Below are positions 63,159-64,000 of a stretch of DNA of 64,000 nt, piece by piece. Under the pieces are notes generated by a model, which had not been told where the DNA came from, made no database searches, and saw nothing but the letters and a program-made list of their open reading frames with translations. The first letter of the stretch is position 1. Each line of letters starts with the position of its first letter. The position numbers and the translations under genes were made by a program. The stretch comes from an uncultured Chloroflexia bacterium (GTDB taxonomy: Bacteria; Chloroflexota; Limnocylindria; Limnocylindrales; CSP1-4), in NCBI GenBank assembly GCA_963776395.1, contig CAVZML010000006.1:197312-261311 (forward strand), given 5' to 3'.

Positions 63159-64000
63159 ATGTCAACCGTTCTCGTGACCGGCGCCAACGGTTTCGTCGGC
63201 AGCCACCTCGTGCCGGCTCTCGTCGATGCCGGCCATCACGTGCTCGCCCTCGTCCGTAACGACGGTGGGGCGGCCGAGGTGCTGCGGCGCCTCGAGCCGG
63301 TGCAGCGGGGTTTCGTCGAAGCGCGGCGTGGCGATGTCACGCGGCCCGACTCGCTCCCCGAGGCCCTCGTCGGCGCGGACGCGGTCCTCCACCTGGCGGC
63401 AGTCCCGCGCGACTGGGACGGCGGCGCGACGCTCCGTCTGGTCAACACCGAAGGGACGCGCAACCTCGTCGCCGCCACGAAGGCTGCGGGCATCCGCCGT
63501 TTCGTCCACCTGGGTGCCCTCGGCGTGGTCGACGACCCGGCCCTGCACTACGCGAGCTCCAAGGCGAAGGCGATGGCTCTCGTCCGCGAGAGCGGCATCG
63601 ACTGGACGATCCTGAGCCCATCGCTCCTGTTCGGACCGCGGGACGGCTTCTTCAACATCCTGGCAGGGCTCGTGCGCATGTCGCCGGGCGTCGTGCCGCT
63701 CACGGGCAAGGGCGACGCCCGCTTCCAGCCACTCGCCATCGGGGATCTTGCGAAGGTGGCGGCGCAGACCCTCGACGACGGAGCCACCGTGGGCCGCGAA
63801 TACCTGCTCGGCGGTCCGCGCTACTGGACCTACCGTGAGATCGTCGAGGAGGTCCTGCGCGGGATGGGCACCCGACGCCGGCTGGTGCCGATGCCCGTCG
63901 CTCTCATCCGACTCGTGGCCGGCGCGAGCGAGGCGGTCCATCTCCCGTTCCCGGTTGCCACGGACCAGCTCCGCCAGCTGAGGCTCGACAACACTGGACC
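63159..64000 (+). CDS. NAD(P)-binding SDR/NmrA-like (complex-I NDUFA9-like) oxidoreductase, 3' end beyond window
   Basis: It is absent from the ORF track because no stop occurs before the window edge. MSTVLVTGANGFVGSHLV (Rossmann motif) and YASSKAKAM (YxxxK) are present, and the frame stays open to 64000. Confidence 0.8.
   Translation, partial: MSTVLVTGANGFVGSHLVPALVDAGHHVLALVRNDGGAAEVLRRLEPVQRGFVEARRGDVTRPDSLPEALVGADAVLHLAAVPRDWDGGATLRLVNTEGTRNLVAATKAAGIRRFVHLGALGVVDDPALHYASSKAKAMALVRESGIDWTILSPSLLFGPRDGFFNILAGLVRMSPGVVPLTGKGDARFQPLAIGDLAKVAAQTLDDGATVGREYLLGGPRYWTYREIVEEVLRGMGTRRRLVPMPVALIRLVAGASEAVHLPFPVATDQLRQLRLDNTG

Overview
This is a 64-kb chromosomal segment that is GC-rich (about 70% or more, estimated by eye) and shows strong third-position GC bias. 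Many long antisense ORFs in the six-frame track are artefacts of that bias. The gene content looks like a high-GC Gram-positive-type bacterium (Actinomycetota- or Chloroflexota-like); I cannot resolve it further. All functional calls come from motifs I recognise in the translations, because no searches were possible.

I can support about 57 protein-coding loci:
- Metabolic and housekeeping genes: gltB (cut by the window edge) and gltD, a DEAD-box helicase, a PAC2 protein, a GcvT-family protein, a CrtI-family oxidoreductase, an AlkA-like glycosylase and a cation/proton antiporter.
- An ApbE-centred redox cluster with its own two-component system.
- A principal-type sigma factor, prolyl oligopeptidase, aldehyde dehydrogenase, class II aldolase, transaldolase, thermonuclease and an SPFH/RHH pair.
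- mgsA, two secreted papain-like proteins, and a large adenylate-cyclase/AAA/TPR protein.
- A LacI-controlled small operon, a Phd/VapC toxin-antitoxin pair, class II ribonucleotide reductase nrdJ with NrdR-like boxes, and an XRE-HTH/PD-(D/E)xK protein.
- ccsA, adenosine deaminase, and an SDR that is open at the right window edge.

I found no rRNA, tRNA, CRISPR array, transposase or integrase.

Three things stand out:
1. The ApbE / ferric-reductase-like / NuoF-like / ferredoxin module lacks a canonical flavinylation substrate. It is flanked by two paralogous mini-proteins that end in the identical tail GHATTGGS.
2. About 45 single-nucleotide frame disruptions plus two in-frame TGA codons are spread very unevenly. 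About 20 fall in three adjacent genes at 28.8-32.3 kb and six in nrdJ, while more than 5 kb of gltBD has none.
3. The intergenic space is repeat-rich. It holds a hairpin-bounded repeat family (3 copies), several short tandem arrays, and a roughly 185-nt low-GC patch at the catalytic motif of nrdJ.

Whether the frame disruptions are real decay or assembly indels cannot be decided from the sequence alone.
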